A DNA stretch of 64,000 nucleotides, from NCBI GenBank assembly GCA_958009085.1, contig OY253678.1, forward strand, positions 1 to 64,000, given 5' to 3'. A program made the position numbers and the translations under genes. Position 1 is the stretch's first letter. Each line of letters opens with the position of its first letter. Source of the DNA: Protoeuglena noctilucae (lineage: Eukaryota). This document shows positions 45,801 to 59,000 of this stretch, one piece after another. Under the pieces are notes generated by a model. That model saw nothing but the letters and a program-made list of their open reading frames with translations, made no database searches and had not been told where the DNA came from.

Positions 45801-47614
45801 CGTCTGGGGGTGGAGGACGGTGATGAGGGTATGGATATTGATAATGAGGGCACTAGTATTGGTGACGAGGGTGGCTGTGATGGTGGCACACACTTGTAGT
45901 ATCTGTCTATGCGCGGGAGCCCTCCCTCACCGGTATAGCTGCCCAGGTTGAGTGCCAGGAGCCAGAAGAGCGAGGGAGCCCACATGGCGGTGAGGGCGCC
46001 GACCAGCAGACCCAGAGACGCCAGGTACAAAGCTGCGCCGGGGCCGTGCGCCGCCGTAAGCGCCGCCCGCGTCGCCCGCCTAGGCTCCACCGCCACCGCC
46101 ACCATAGCACCCGCACCGGCACCGGCACCCGCACCCGGGCGTGCCCCCGCGGCCCCCGTCTCCTTTCGCTCCATCACCACCTCGGACGCGTGCACTGCCC
46201 TCCGGTATGCCATGGCCTCCGGGATCGAAGGGGCCGTGTACCGTGCCGCCTCCTCCGCCACCGTCGGCTGACGCGCCGCGCGGGTGCCCTGCTGCGCCGC
46301 CACGCCCCACTTGGGCGTCGGCGCGCTGGGCCACGCACCCCCCGCGTCCTGCCCACTCACACGCACGCCCAGCTCCCCCGCGGCGTGAGGGTCGCTGTCG
46401 TCCCACGAGGCGCCCCCCGCCTTCGATGGGTCCCCGCGGCCCTGGGCGGCGCCGGGCAGCGACTCGGCGATGGGGCCGGCGAAGCCCTGGGGCACCAGGC
46501 GCTGCGGCGTCGCTGCGGGGGTGGCGAGGCACGCAACGTGGGGTGAGACGCTCTGCAACACGCAACGCTTTCTAAGACAGCGTCGCTGAGTAGCCATTGC
46601 GTCTCAATGCCTCACCCGCGATGCCGTCCTGCAGGGACACCCTCGCTGGCTCCAGCTCCCCATGCGTGCCCTGTGCGTGACCGGGCGCGTGGCTGCGGCC
46701 GTCCCGCGCCGTCACGCCCAGCTCCGCCGCGCCGTCCTCCGCCCCCGCCGCCGCCGTCGGCTTCGCCGTTGCAGCGGTGGTCGCGGTGGTCGTTTGCGCC
46801 GCGCCCTTGGCCCCTGCCGTGGTCCCCGCAGTTTGGGCGGAGGGCGCAGATGGGCGGGACGGGGGGTCCCAGGGGTCCTTCCGTGGCAGCGCCTGGGTGG
46901 CATGGCCGAGGCGGAAGCCCCGCACGCGCGCTTCCTTCGCTGCCGCGGTCACCGTCGCATCCAACGCACTGCGGGCGCACGGAGGGACGCAATGCAAGGT
47001 GCGGTGCGCATGGGCGGGCGCATGCCGGCAAGCAAGGGCGGCGGGGCGCGGGAGTCACCCGAGTGACCACGACGCCGGCGCCGCGTGGCCCGCCACGGCA
47101 AGCGTCTCCAAGGCAGCCTCCACGCTCCCCTTCGCGTCGTCCGCGTGGCGCAGGCCGCTGCTCGCCAGCGCGCGGCTAGCGGCTTCGAGGCGCGTGAGCT
47201 GGAATTTCACGTCCCGATACACGCGCGAGTGCCTGCGGGGGCGAGGGCGGCGGCGGGCGTCGGGGGAGGCCGTTGTTGCCGGCGCATTTCAAATGCGCGC
47301 GGCCGCAGGGGCCACGACCGGCGAGGGCGCCGAGCCTCCGTAATGGACAGTCGACACATGCGATGTTGCGCGGCGCGAGAGGTGACGCAGAGCGCGGCCG
47401 GGGACGGGAGGCACCTTCGATGCGGGTTGACGTCCATGGGATCCCGCTTCCGGAACGACGTGGCCGACGCGAACCTCTCCGGTCCCGTGAGCTCCTCAAT
47501 TTCGTCGCGGCGGGGGGCGGCTGCATAGGCGCCGCGCCCGGGGGCCCCACCGTAGGGCTGCCCAACCCCATACCCCATGCCGCGCTCAGGGGCCCTGTCG
47601 GGAGCCCAGCTCAT
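39816..47614 (-). CDS. Divergent OSCA/TMEM63/CSC1-like multi-pass channel with long N- and C-terminal extensions
   Basis: VSRFTALVQRLP, cytosolic GALVTF, DLSTSWYQTVG, TQLELNAAFAGPHF...WGNLLAVVLVALTYGAGYP..LLWDRDVLLR; about 10 hydrophobic segments; Tyr/Gly-rich repeat tail. Confidence 0.7.
39846..40230 (-). repeat. Coding 21-nt repeat encoding (G)GYYD(A/E)Q units
   Basis: ORF 39816..40322 reads GYYDEQG-GYYDEQG-GYYDAQG-GYYDAQG-GYYDAQG-GYYDQ, with scattered additional YYD copies. Confidence 0.9.
44291..44346. repeat. 15-bp intronic tandem repeat (GTGGCAGTGACTGRG) x ~3.7
   Basis: Direct repeats shortly after the GTGAGC donor of an intron in the OSCA-like gene. Confidence 0.85.
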
Positions 47615-48208
47615 GGCCACCGATGACACCTATGTCCCACCGCGGCCGCGGCTGCACGCGCCCGCGCCTGCGGGGAGGACAAGGCTCGCGGCTGCGGTGC
47701 ATGTGCGGGTGACGTCACCCGGGATGCTCGCAAATGCTGGCCCCGAGACGCCCAAACCCAACCAGCAAGCACGTACACAAAGAGTACGTCCCGCAGGTCT
47801 GCAGAACGCTCTCTGGAGGGGCGCCCTGATGGCCAGGCAAGTCGTTACATTTGCCTAGCGCTCGCCTCGACAGCCTGCCCCTGCCCAGCTATGTGTGTGA
47901 CACTCACCCTTTTCACGAAGCGGGCGCGTTCGATTTGGTCCAAAGGACGCGGCTACCGGCGCACTCCAGCTTGGAAGCGCGGGATTCGGGAACAGAGGGC
48001 GACAATGCGGACCAGCACGGCACCGCTGGCGATGAATCGCCTGCATGGACACGCGACACGACCCGGACGGGCCAATCAGCAGCTGCCGTGGGTCGGTCCG
48101 ACGGGCCAGACTGACGTCGGGCGTGGGCGCTCTCTCCACTGCCAAGCAACGTAACGGCACCAGAGCAGCGAATGCGGTTCCCCGCTGCCCCCTCGTGCCG
48201 TCGTTAGC

Positions 48209-49295
48209 ATGAGGCGGGCACTCCAGGCTCTGGGAACGGGCCTCTCCCGCCAGGCCGCGCGGGAGGAGGCGCTCGCGGGGGCGTCGTCTCGCTGCTCGTC
48301 TTCTGCGCCGGACTTCGCGCACGCGAGCGGGGCCCCGCTGCAATACTACACGCGGAAGGCCATCATCTCCTCTCCCTCGCGCAACGCGATGCAGAGCGGC
48401 AAGGGGAACACGGCTTTCGGCGTCTCGCCGACATGGAAGATCGATTTCGAGCAGAAGGTGACGCTGGTAGTCTCCTGGTCGCTTGAGATGCGCCCGCGTG
48501 GGCCCTTGCGCGCGTCCCCAGCGGTGGGCGTGTGCATCGAGGGCTCCCCGCTCTCCCTGCGGCACGGTCGACACCCGGCAGGTCCCCAGATCAAGTGACC
48601 TCTCTTCTGCCTGCAGTCGGCCTGGGCGAACCCGCTGATGGGCTGGACATCCACGGCGGACGCCCTCGAGCAGCTGCGGGTGGAAAACGTGAGCGTCGCG
48701 CCCGGGCCCGCGCATCCCGCGCCGCGCGTATCTGCGCACGTGTCCATGCGATGATTTGTTAGTCGCTCCCGCGGCTCTCGCCCGCCTACGCCGCCCCAGC
48801 GTCGTGCTCCTGTCGCTGCTTTTTGGAAGCCCCTGGCCCGCCTCCCGGCCTCCGCAGGGCATGTCCTTTTACACCAAGGAGGAGGCGGTTGCTTATTGCA
48901 AGAAGTTTGGGTGGGACTTTGAGGTCCGCGAGCCCCAGGAGACCCGGAGGATCGGCACGGTGCACTACCGCAACCCCCGCTACGCCCAGTACGCGGATAA
49001 CTTCTCCGTGAAGGTGTGAGACGGAAGGGGGGGTGATACGAACAGCCGTATCTGGCAATGTTTGGTGTTATTCTGGGCCCAGCTGGGCCTGGGTCGCGCT
49101 TTGTGTTGGTCGAACGCTGCGCTCGTGTGCCCTGTGTTGCAGCGTGCTGGCATGCCCTTGGGTGGCAAGCGCTCGGAGTCGGTGTCCGCGGGGCCTGCGC
49201 CATCGTCATCCGCTCCGGCGAAGGAGGAGCCCAAGAAGGCTACAGCCAAGACGACGAAGGCTGCGGCGGGGGCCGCGCAAGACAAGGCGCAGTGA
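48209..49295 (+). CDS. NDUFS4: Mitochondrial complex I subunit NDUFS4 (18 kDa)
   Basis: Mitochondrial presequence, RKAIISSPSRNAMQSG, WKIDF, WANPLMGWTSTAD, FYTKEEAVAYCKKFGW, YADNFS. Confidence 0.95.
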
Positions 49296-49651
49296 GCATG
49301 GGCGGAGAGGGGAGGGACGAGGAGTGACAGCGGGCCTGCATAGAGTCGGAGGTCATGCGATCGCTCCTGGCCGCTGGATGGGGTGCCCGACACCTGCGGC
49401 AGATGTGGCTGGCGACGGCGCCAGACAAGCGGGACGACCTCGCCATGTGCCGGCGCCGGGCGCATCTCGACTTCACTACCGGGAGCGCTGAGCGCTGGTC
49501 TCTGCTAGCAGGTCGCCTGCCCTTGCATGTAGCATAGCGTGGTGGTGTTTAGCGCGCCCTTTCAGCCCTACTGGGCGTGCGCGTGGTCGGCCGCCAACAC
49601 TATTGAATCGTAGGGAGTCCCCCGCTCTTGCTATTGCTTGCATCGCCGGCC

Positions 49652-51393
49652 ATGTCGCAGGGCTCGCCCCTGTTCGGGGTCCAGACGCCGCCCCCGCAGC
49701 CCCAGCGGCCCCCTGTTTCGCTGCCGGACTGGATCGCAGCGCCCGAGGTAACAACAGGGTCGTATGCATGGTCGATGAGCTATTCCACCCATCGCAGCGT
49801 GTGTGGGATGGCACCGGAATGGCGCGCTCTCTTGCCCTCGCAGCCAGCGACGCCTGCCCAGAACATTGACGCGCTGCTGGCGGGCATTTCTAGCGACGAC
49901 AGCGATGGCCCAGTCGTCGTGCGGCGCCAGCAGAAGGTGCGCGCGCGCGAGGCAGCCCCAGGAGCGGGGCCTGTGATGCCGCGCGTTGCGGCGTCCCTTT
50001 CCAATTGTGGCTCATCTCATCGCAATATGCATCGTCACAGAGCGCCATGGCGCGCAAGGCGGTGCTGGAGAGCGAGGAGGACTCCCCAGTGAAGCCCGCA
50101 CGGACTGGCCGAGGGAACCCCGGGAAGAGCCCGCTGGGCAAGCGCGACGCCGGATCACAACTTCGTGACGAGGAAGAGGCACCAAATGCATCGGCAATGG
50201 ACATCGCCCCGCAAGGGGACTCGGGACGCGGCGCGGACGGCCCTGCGCAGACGGCCTCTGCTCCCGCTCCCGCGCTGCCGCCCGTGAGCGTCCTGGGCAT
50301 AGCGGCGGCATCTCCTGCAGTGAAAGGGGCCGCGGCCAAGGCGCAGCGGCAGGCGGCCGCGCGGGCGCAGGGCGTGGGCGGCACGGAGCTGCCTTTGGTG
50401 ATTCCTGAGGCGCTCCCAAGGGGGAAGGTGCTGGTGGAGGCGCCGGAGGACGAACTGGGCCTGACGGACCTCAGCGGGGACGCGGGGGCGGTGGGGCGGC
50501 TCGTGGTGGTGGAAGTGGACGGGCAGAAGGCGAGCGGGGGTGGCGGGCGAGCGAACAGCTGATGGTGATTGCTGGGCGTGACCACCGTGCTCTTTGCACG
50601 ACGCCGTGGCTCGTTCTGCACCCCCAGGAGGTGCATTTGGATCTGAAGGGCGCCCTGTACCACGCCACCATCTGCCCGCTCCCCTCGACCGCACTCGTGG
50701 TGCACGTGGGGGCGGACGAGGCGAGGGTCGAGTGCGTGCTGTCAGATTTCCTGCAGCTGCGCGAGCAGGGGAACATCTACGGGAATCAGGTGGGTGGCGC
50801 TGTCTGTGAGGGGGGTTGCGCTGTGACGGGGGTCGTTACTGGTTTAAGGAAAGCGTGGCGATCTAATCCTGTTTGTTGATATATATGATGCATCACACAA
50901 CAGTCTTAGCTGCTACCTGTGTCGATGGCGTGCAGGAGAACGAGGGGTACGGCTCAGGCTGGGAGGACGGGGGCGACGACGGATGGTATCGGTGTGGTGG
51001 CGATTAGAGTGGGATTGCCATTGTAGTATTAATGAGAGCAGTGCGTTTCATGTCAGTGATGTGGCACGCTGGTCACGTGCGTCGCAGGCCAGCGGGGAAC
51101 GCGGGGGAGGGAGCTGAGGGGGCAGAGGCGGGGACGACGGAGGGAGGGGTGGGCAAGGGGAAGCGAGGTGAGTTGCGCTGCGATGTGATGGCGCCCGCCT
51201 CGTTTGCAACGTGACCAGGCAACGTGCATCTGACTGCGCATACACAGGGTCGGGCAAGGGCGGGAAGGGGAAGCGGGACGCGGGGGTCGTGGCGGCGCTG
51301 GGGGGCGTGCGGAAGAAGTCGAAACCGAAGACCAAAGCGAAGGGTTCGGGGAAACCGGCTGGCAAGAAAACGAAGGCGAAGAAGAAGGGGTGA
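49652..51393 (+). CDS. BIN4: BIN4/MIDGET-like topoisomerase VI accessory DNA-binding protein
   Basis: N-terminal PDW; LPLVIPE..RGKVLVE, DLSGDAGAVGRLVV, LDLKGALYHATI.P, EARVECVLSDFLQL; Lys-rich tail. Confidence 0.9.
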
Positions 51394-51629
51394 TGGCAGG
51401 GGCTGGCTGTGTATTTACCGGCCGCTGAGAGGGGGGCAACCCTGGGCGTCAGATTTGCTGTCGCATGCGCGCTGAGCACTTGCTCATTATCCAGTGCCTG
51501 TTCCTCGGCACATTTGCGGAAGCTGAAGTCGTCGTTTCTCTGCACGCGCATGCTTGCTGCGGCCTTGTTTCCACTCATTGTCATTCTCTTGTTTTGAATG
51601 CTGTTGGACGCGACTGGCCGGCTGTTTCG

Positions 51630-53005
51630 ATGGCATGGATGGCATGGACCGTGAACGTTGCCGTGTTTGTTCCGGCTGTAGTGCTATTTCACGCATCGGA
51701 GCCCCTGCTGCATCGCTGGCTGCACCCTCGCGACACAGACTGGGACTGTGAGCGTGGCGGGAATTTCGCAGGCCGCGTGCCGCGATCGTGCCTCTGCTGT
51801 CTATGAGAAACCACGGAAGACAATGCGCGACCTCCGCAGCGCCTCACGAGCGACGAATTCCTGTCCCACTCGACATGCCCGCAGCGGCCCTCCTCTCCCG
51901 CAACTACGTGCTCGCGCAGTCGCTGGGACTGCTGGAATTCGTTACCGAGAACTGGCTTTTCGGATCTTCAAGTTTCAAGCACCACTGGTGCGCCTGGCGG
52001 TCGACCAGGCGCCCAAGTGTTTCCCCATGAGAGTGCGTAGCAACTTTTGCCCCCCTCGCGACCCCCGCAGGACCATCGCAGCTTCCGGAGCTATCCTCAT
52101 CGTGGCCGGAGAGCTCCTGCGCAAGGCAAGTCCCGCTGCCTGCTTTCCAGCCATCTGCCTGCTCACGGATGGTGAGGGCGCCCCACACACCTGACGAGAA
52201 GGCATTCAAACTCACCGCTTCTCTCCCCCCAGGCGGCCATCCTCACGGCTGGCAAGTCCTTTCACCACGTCATCGCGCGACGGCGGGCTCCCCACCACCG
52301 CCTCGTCACCACCGGGTGCGTCTGTGTGCATGGGCACTGACTGTTACTCTGACTGCCAATGTTGTGCGACACCTTTGTGCACCTGTGTGCCAACGTCGCA
52401 GCAAAGCCGTGTTACCGCCGTCGGGTCCCCCTGCCACCGCCCCCGCCCATCATCCGCCACCCGCCCTAACCTTCGCTCCCTGGCCACCCCCCGTTCCCCA
52501 CAACCACCCTGCCTTTCCGCCTTCCCCAGTGTCTATGCCATCGTCAGGCACCCAGCTTACCTCGGATTCCTCGTCTGGGCCATCGGGACACAAGTGGCAC
52601 TGGGCAACCCCCTCTGCACCGTCGCCTTTGCATGCGTGCTGGTGAGAGTGGGGCGAATGCACTTGGCGATGCATGCGGCATGCCGTGTGTGCGTGGTGAT
52701 AGTTGGTGATAGAGCAAGCGCTTGGCGATGCATGCGATGGCGATGGGCTGGCACTTGCATGCTATCGGGTCACCACCACCACGCATGCTGCAGCCAGTCG
52801 CACTTAATCGCACACCCGCCTCCCTTTCCCTCAGATCCCCTGGTTTCATAGCCGCATTGCCTACGAGGAGAGCCTGCTGATGTCGCCACGCTTCTTTGGC
52901 GATGACTACGCCGCCTATCAACGCACCGTCCCCGCGCTGCTGCCCTTCCCACGGCCGACAGCGCCGGTGTTATCCAGAAGGGGGGCAGATGGGCGGTCGG
53001 ACTAA
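51630..53005 (+). CDS. ICMT: Isoprenylcysteine carboxyl methyltransferase (STE14)
   Basis: FHASE, GELLRK|AAILTAGKSFHH, HRLVTTG|VYAIVRHPAYLGF, GTQVALGNP, RIAYEESLL..FFGDDY..Y. Confidence 0.93.
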
Positions 53006-53251
53006 GCGAGGGTGGATTTGTTGCACAAGGGCACGCGCAAGGGGTTTAGGGGCACGAGGGGAGGAGCGTGTGTTAGTGTCCTGAACGTGGTGCCTGAGAC
53101 TGTGTGCGACTATGTTGAGAGAGATGGGCGTGTGACTGGGTGTCTTGGTGAGAGGTTGAACCCCACTTGCAGTGGGCTAGAGTAAAAGGGCGCTCATTGC
53201 TTGCTTGCCAACAGCCACATCGACAGCCACGGCCATGCTGACCCATGCACC

Positions 53252-55315
53252 TCACAGCTTGACCAGCCACAGCCATCCCGAGAAGGCCCCCAGGGTGAGC
53301 CCAGCGAGGAGGAAGAAGACCAGCAGCGTGCCCGCCCGCTCGGCATTTGCGGGGGACAGACACACGGGTCCCTTCATGAGTGCAAGCGAGGACAGGTAAC
53401 CATTGGAGCTGCCTAGCAGGAAGGTGAGTACAAACAGCGACGCCGCGGGTGCCCCCGTGGCCGCCGCTGCCCAGAAGAGGGGCAGGAACAGGGCACGCAG
53501 CAGGGAGGCGGCGAGGGCGGTGGTTGGGGACCCGACGGCGATGACGGCGGGGAGCATCTTGCCGATGAGATCAGCCAGGTTGAAGAAGCCGATGAGAAGG
53601 ACGGGGAGCCAGTCGCCCCAGGCATCTGCGGGGAGGGGACGTGCAGGGTGCGTGTGTGTGCGTGTGTGGGGTGGGTGGGTGCGAGCGCAGGCACTTGCGC
53701 GTGTGTATGCTTGAGCGTGCAGGCACCCATAAGAGTGTATGCTTACGCACGCATGCGCTCGTGCATGCGTCAGGCTGTGATGGCCGGGTTGTCACCTGAC
53801 CGCACGTCCTCTGCCAAAAACCCCGGGAAGATGGCCAGGGTGACCCAGTAGATGGGGAGCAATGACCAGGCCCAGGGCCACACCGCAGCGTATACCGACA
53901 TGCCTTGCCCGGCCTTGGCGACGCGTGGGTCACTGCCAGACCCATGGGATGGCCCGGCCAATGGAGCTGTAGTGGTTGTATCCGATAGAGCACTTGCATG
54001 ACTCAACAACCGCTCCTCGTCCCCCTCATACACACCACCATCCACGCCACCACCGTCGCTTGCACCGTGACCGCCCTCTGCCAGCCACGGGTGCGCATGG
54101 GACGAGGCGTGGGCGTCCAGGCTGCCGGATGCGCGAGGGAGGCGAGGAGGGGGGCTCCTGCAGGGAAGAGTGCGGAGGGGGAGTATGCAGCAGTGCGGGG
54201 GTGTGTGGCGGAGCACACAACATCGCCACCGCTGCCGTCCCCGCCCAGTGTGCCACCCTCCCTTCCCCCAACCCTCACCGTGACCGCGCCAACGTCAGGT
54301 GCGGGGCAGGCACCGCCCCCGCCTCCGCCCCGCCGTCCTCCGCGCCCCCGCCCTCGTGCAAGGGCAGCCGATGGTGGGAGTGAGAACCACTCGCGACCCC
54401 CATCCTGTCAGCCTCCCACTGACTTTGCCCCTTCATCGCCGGCAGCTGCGGCATGACGAGGAGGAAGCAAGCGAGGCAGGCGGCCTGGATGACAACGGCG
54501 ATGGCGAAGTACACCATTGTGCTGGCACGTAGGCCGGCAGCTGTGGCGGGGAGCGCGGCCTTGGTCGCCACCCGCAGCGCAGAGACCAGCAGACCCGCGC
54601 CGGCCGTCCATCCCACCGCGGCCTGCATGAAACGGGGACTGGTGGCACCCGCGAGGCCCAGCAAGGAGCCCTGGGCCACGCCGTCGCAGATGCCCGTGGC
54701 TGCGACCGACAGCAGCGTCAGCGCCAAGGTGCCTGCGGGTGGGAAAGAGGTGTGTCTGTGTGTGAGAGAGACGCAGCTGAGCCCGCTGCGTGCATGGGCT
54801 GCGTCTCTTGGGCACAGTCCAAGCCAGCTGCAGGCGGGGGCTAGCGGGCCGCCTTGCCTGTGGTGCCTCGCCCGCCGCTGCCGATGAACGCGACGTCGGT
54901 GAGCGGGACGAGCAGGGCGCAGGCGAGGAAGCCCGCGTAGCCCTGGACGATGCGGGCGCGGGTGTGGGTGGGCAGGCCGAAGCGCACGACCGCGGCCAGC
55001 GACGCGATGTTGGGGAGCAGGTAGAAGACCGTGAAGAGCCGCTCGACGTGCCGGCCGGGGTACAGCGACGCAAAGTAGTCGGTCGCGGTGATGAGACTGC
55101 GGGCGCGCGCGGCGGAGAGGCGCGGTGGGCGGGCCGCGTCGCCCGTGCGGCTTTTGGCCAGGTCAAGTGCGCTCGCTGCGGCCCCTGCGCGCGTGTCACC
55201 TGTTCCATAGCGAGAGCAAGCCCACTCCCATCAGAAACCAGCAGAAATATGACAGGTCGAAGCGAGGTCCGTCGCCTTCGCCCTCGTTTGCGCTTGCCAG
55301 CTGTGCGGCCACCAT
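53252..55315 (-). CDS. Equilibrative nucleoside transporter (ENT/SLC29)
   Basis: GVGLLSLWN|SLITATDYF, GICDGVAQGSL, VSALRVATKA, VTLAIFPGF, FFNLADLIGK, LGSSNGYL, GLTLGAFSGWLW. Confidence 0.94.
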
Positions 55316-56053
55316 CGCCGCGACGCGCGGGCCGCGCGAAGGCGGCGACAGGGCAGAGATGCCCTCTGTCGTGCGACATTGGCAAGATAGGGCAAGATAG
55401 CGCCACTCCGTGCCACCCTGGCTGGGTAGGTTTAGGGTACGGCACAACGGCCGTCGCTTTGAAGCAAAGCGCGGCTCGGTGAACTGCCAATCGAGGCTCT
55501 CCTTCAATGGCTGGCAAACCGTCGCAACAGCAACCAGAGACAACTGCTCGTTGAGATAGCATGCACGCATATGCGAACGACAGTGCTGCTGATGGTCAGA
55601 ATGGCAGTGGTATCAAAGCCTGAGGGACGAGGTCCTGTGGTACGAGCCGACTGAGATGGAGCAGACCTACTGGAAGATCTGGGGCACGAGGCCCCTGACA
55701 GAGATGCTGGGCTGAGACGGACGAGTTGACGGTCAAGTCTGAGGGGCGCCATCGAGCAACGTCTCTCGATCGACAAATGCGTGCATACCCACTGCGGGCG
55801 CGGGTTTTGAGGCCGCAACACGTCACAAGCACCGCGTGACTGGCAAGTGCTATGTAGGTGAAATCCCCTCCTGGGCCACGCCTCTGGCCGCGTAACCGGC
55901 GCGTCACGCGTCGTTGGCTTCATTACCGTGGCATGCGTCGACTGACATAGACCAAATCAAGCGGGATTATAATCGGCGCAATGCAGCAAACAACTGGCAA
56001 CTCGTCTCACATATTAACAAACTCGCCGCTCCCATCCCATCACCCCCTCCCGC

Positions 56054-59000
56054 TCATCGCCCCGTGGCGAAGGCGTGGGTGCGCGGCGGGTCGGGCGACG
56101 CGCACAGCGTGACCTCGTGACTCAGCACCGCCACCGGCGTCCCATCCTCCACCGCCCGTGCGTGACCCACCCCCCCGAACCCCAGCGCCACGTGCTGCGC
56201 CACTGACGGTTTCACGGCCGCCAGAATGAGCGTGCCGGCAACGGACGCCGCCACGAGGCCCATGGACAGGGAGAGGGTAGGGTGGCCGGTGGAGGCGGCC
56301 GCGTGGGCGCGTGTCAGGGCGCCTGACAGCACCTGCGCCAGCTCTGGGCCGAGGAGAGACCAGTGCCTGGGAGGAGGGAGAGGAGTGGTTGTGGGGGAGT
56401 GATGGGATGGGAAGGGGCGGATGGGTGGGTGTGAGGGGAAGGTGCTCGACCGCACACGCAACAGGTCTGCTGCCTGCCTTGCTCCCCTCACAACTCTTAC
56501 TGACCCGCATCTCTGTTCTCTATAACTTCCACTGCACCCACACTTATCCCTGCCCACCACAGCCACATCACCCACCCACCCACTCCCCCTCGCCTGGCCT
56601 CCATCACTGCCCCCACCAGCACCTCCAGCAGCTCTGCCGGCCCCAGCCTCGTCATGGCCTCTGCTCTGCGCGCCTGCAGCCTCAGACGACTCAATTCACT
56701 CGAACAGAGACGAAGCATCAAACGACGGGGGGCGGGGGTGGCGGCGGTGGTGGTAGCAGGTTGGTTAGCAGTGGGGTGGGCGGTGGTGGTGGTGGGGTGC
56801 GGTTGGGTAGCAGTGGGTTGGGTGGGGTGGCGAGTGTCAGTAGGGTGGCGATTGTTGGCGTTGTTGGGCAGGCGAGGGTCGGTGGGGTGTCGAGGAGTTG
56901 CGATGGCTTCGACGAAGGTCCCGACGGATGCCAGGGGTCCCACGTTGCTGAGGCATGCGCTGACGAGGGAGTGGAGGCGGGCGTGGGCGGCGGCGGGGTC
57001 GGGGGGCTGGGGGGGGGGGGAGGGGGGGTGGGGTCGGTGAGGAAGGGATGGGGTTTAATGTGATGAGGGGGATAAAGGGTAGAAGTGAGTGATGACATCA
57101 CTAACCTCAGTATCATTAGCCTCAATCACAGTTACTTGGTGCCACACCATCCATCCACCACCACCTGTCCATCAGTCGTCATCCCTCATCTAATCACCCC
57201 CTTATATACAACCCACCCACCCCCCACCCCTCGCCTGCTTTTCGTCACCTCTCATCCCATCTACCCCCCATATACCACCCACCCCTCTCCCTCGCCTGCT
57301 TCCCCGGCGTCATCGCGGGCATGGCTGCCGCCAGTGCCTGCGCCAGTGCCTCGGGAATGACCTCCATGTGCGCCTGGAAGCGGTGCACGCGGGTGCGGAG
57401 GAGGTGGCCAGCTGTGTAGGGGGGGGGAAGAGGGGAGGGTGGTGGTGCATGTGAAGATGCGTGTTGATGTCTGTGTGTGTGAGAAAGAATGGCAGTGACT
57501 ACATCACCCTCACACTTCCCCCCCCATTCACTCTCCCACTCTCCCACCACTGCCACCCCCCCCCCCCCCCCCCTCACCTGTCACGTACGCCTCCCTCCTC
57601 TCCATCCCCGACAGGTCCGGCACGTACAGGTCGTGCTGAAACACCTCGTCACTGCCAGACACGAGGCCAATGGGGGCACAGGCGTCCACGGGGCCGGCAT
57701 ACACCACGTCGTCCACCGAAGCTGGGGGGAGTAAATGAGGGATAGTGAGTCAAATGCAACAGTATCTATGCTTTTGCCATCTAGTTTATATTCCCTCACC
57801 CACTCCCGCACACACTCACGCACCCCCCCCGCCCCCCCCCCCCCCCCTCACCCGCCATGCCCTCCCCATCCCCACCAATTCCCACCTCCTCACCAGCAAC
57901 GCCCTCTATCCCCCACCCCCCACCCCTCACTCACCCGCCATCCCCTCCCCGTCCGCCCTGGCGTGCACGGTGGCCGCTGCCCGGTCAAATCCCTTCTGAA
58001 AGGCACCCAATCGCGACGCCCACGCCACGTACCAGTTGCGGAGGGCAGAGGCGTGGCGCGGGGGGGGCTGGCCGGGGGTAGAGGGGCAGAGCACTTGCAT
58101 CTGGGGGAAGGGGGGGTGGTGAGGGGGTAATTGGGCATGGCACTTGCATTTGGGGGGGGGGGGGGTTGATGAGGGGGTGATGGGGCAAGGCATGTTTGAT
58201 ACAAGGGGTGGGGAATGTGAGAAGGAGTTTGGCACAACACGTGTCATGATGCAATGCGATGCTATGCGGTGACTCCATCTCTGCCACCACCCCTTTTACA
58301 ACCTCTCTCCACCCCCACACCACCCCTTCACCACACCCTCCCCACCCCTTTCACCCCCAACCCCCCACCAACCCCACACCCCCCCCCCCCTCACCAGTCC
58401 CTGCAGCGCGTTGCTCGTCCTCAGCCCCGCCCCCACATCCTCTGCCATGCGTCTCAGAAACCCATGCGACTGCCTCAGGGCTTCCCCCAGGTCCACCTCC
58501 ACCCCCGCCTCATCCACACGCACGTGCAGCCGAGCGCGTTTGCACATCAGAGCGGAGAGATGAGGGGCCAGGCGACGGGAAAGGGCAGCCGCGGTCACTG
58601 CCCCACCCGCACTACCACTGCCACCCGCACTGCCACTCCCACTGCCACCCGCACTGCCACTCCCACTGCCACCCGCACTACCACCCCCACCGCTACCACC
58701 CCCACTCCCACCACCCCCACCCACGGTATTCGCGCCATCGATGGCCATCATGGCTTCCCACGCAGCGCACAGCGCACTCATCGCCGCCCCCCACACCCTG
58801 CTCCCATGGGGGTGGTATCGCGCATGCATAGCACACAAGTCATCGACACACGCCCCCTTGCCACCGCTCCCCGCCATCCCCGCAATGCCCAAGAACGCCA
58901 TCGCGCGCGCCAGGCACCGCGCCTCGACGGCACTCAGTCCCAGCAGTGCCGCGGCTCTGTCGCTGCTTGTGCGTGGGGTGGCGTGGGGCGCGTGCGATGC

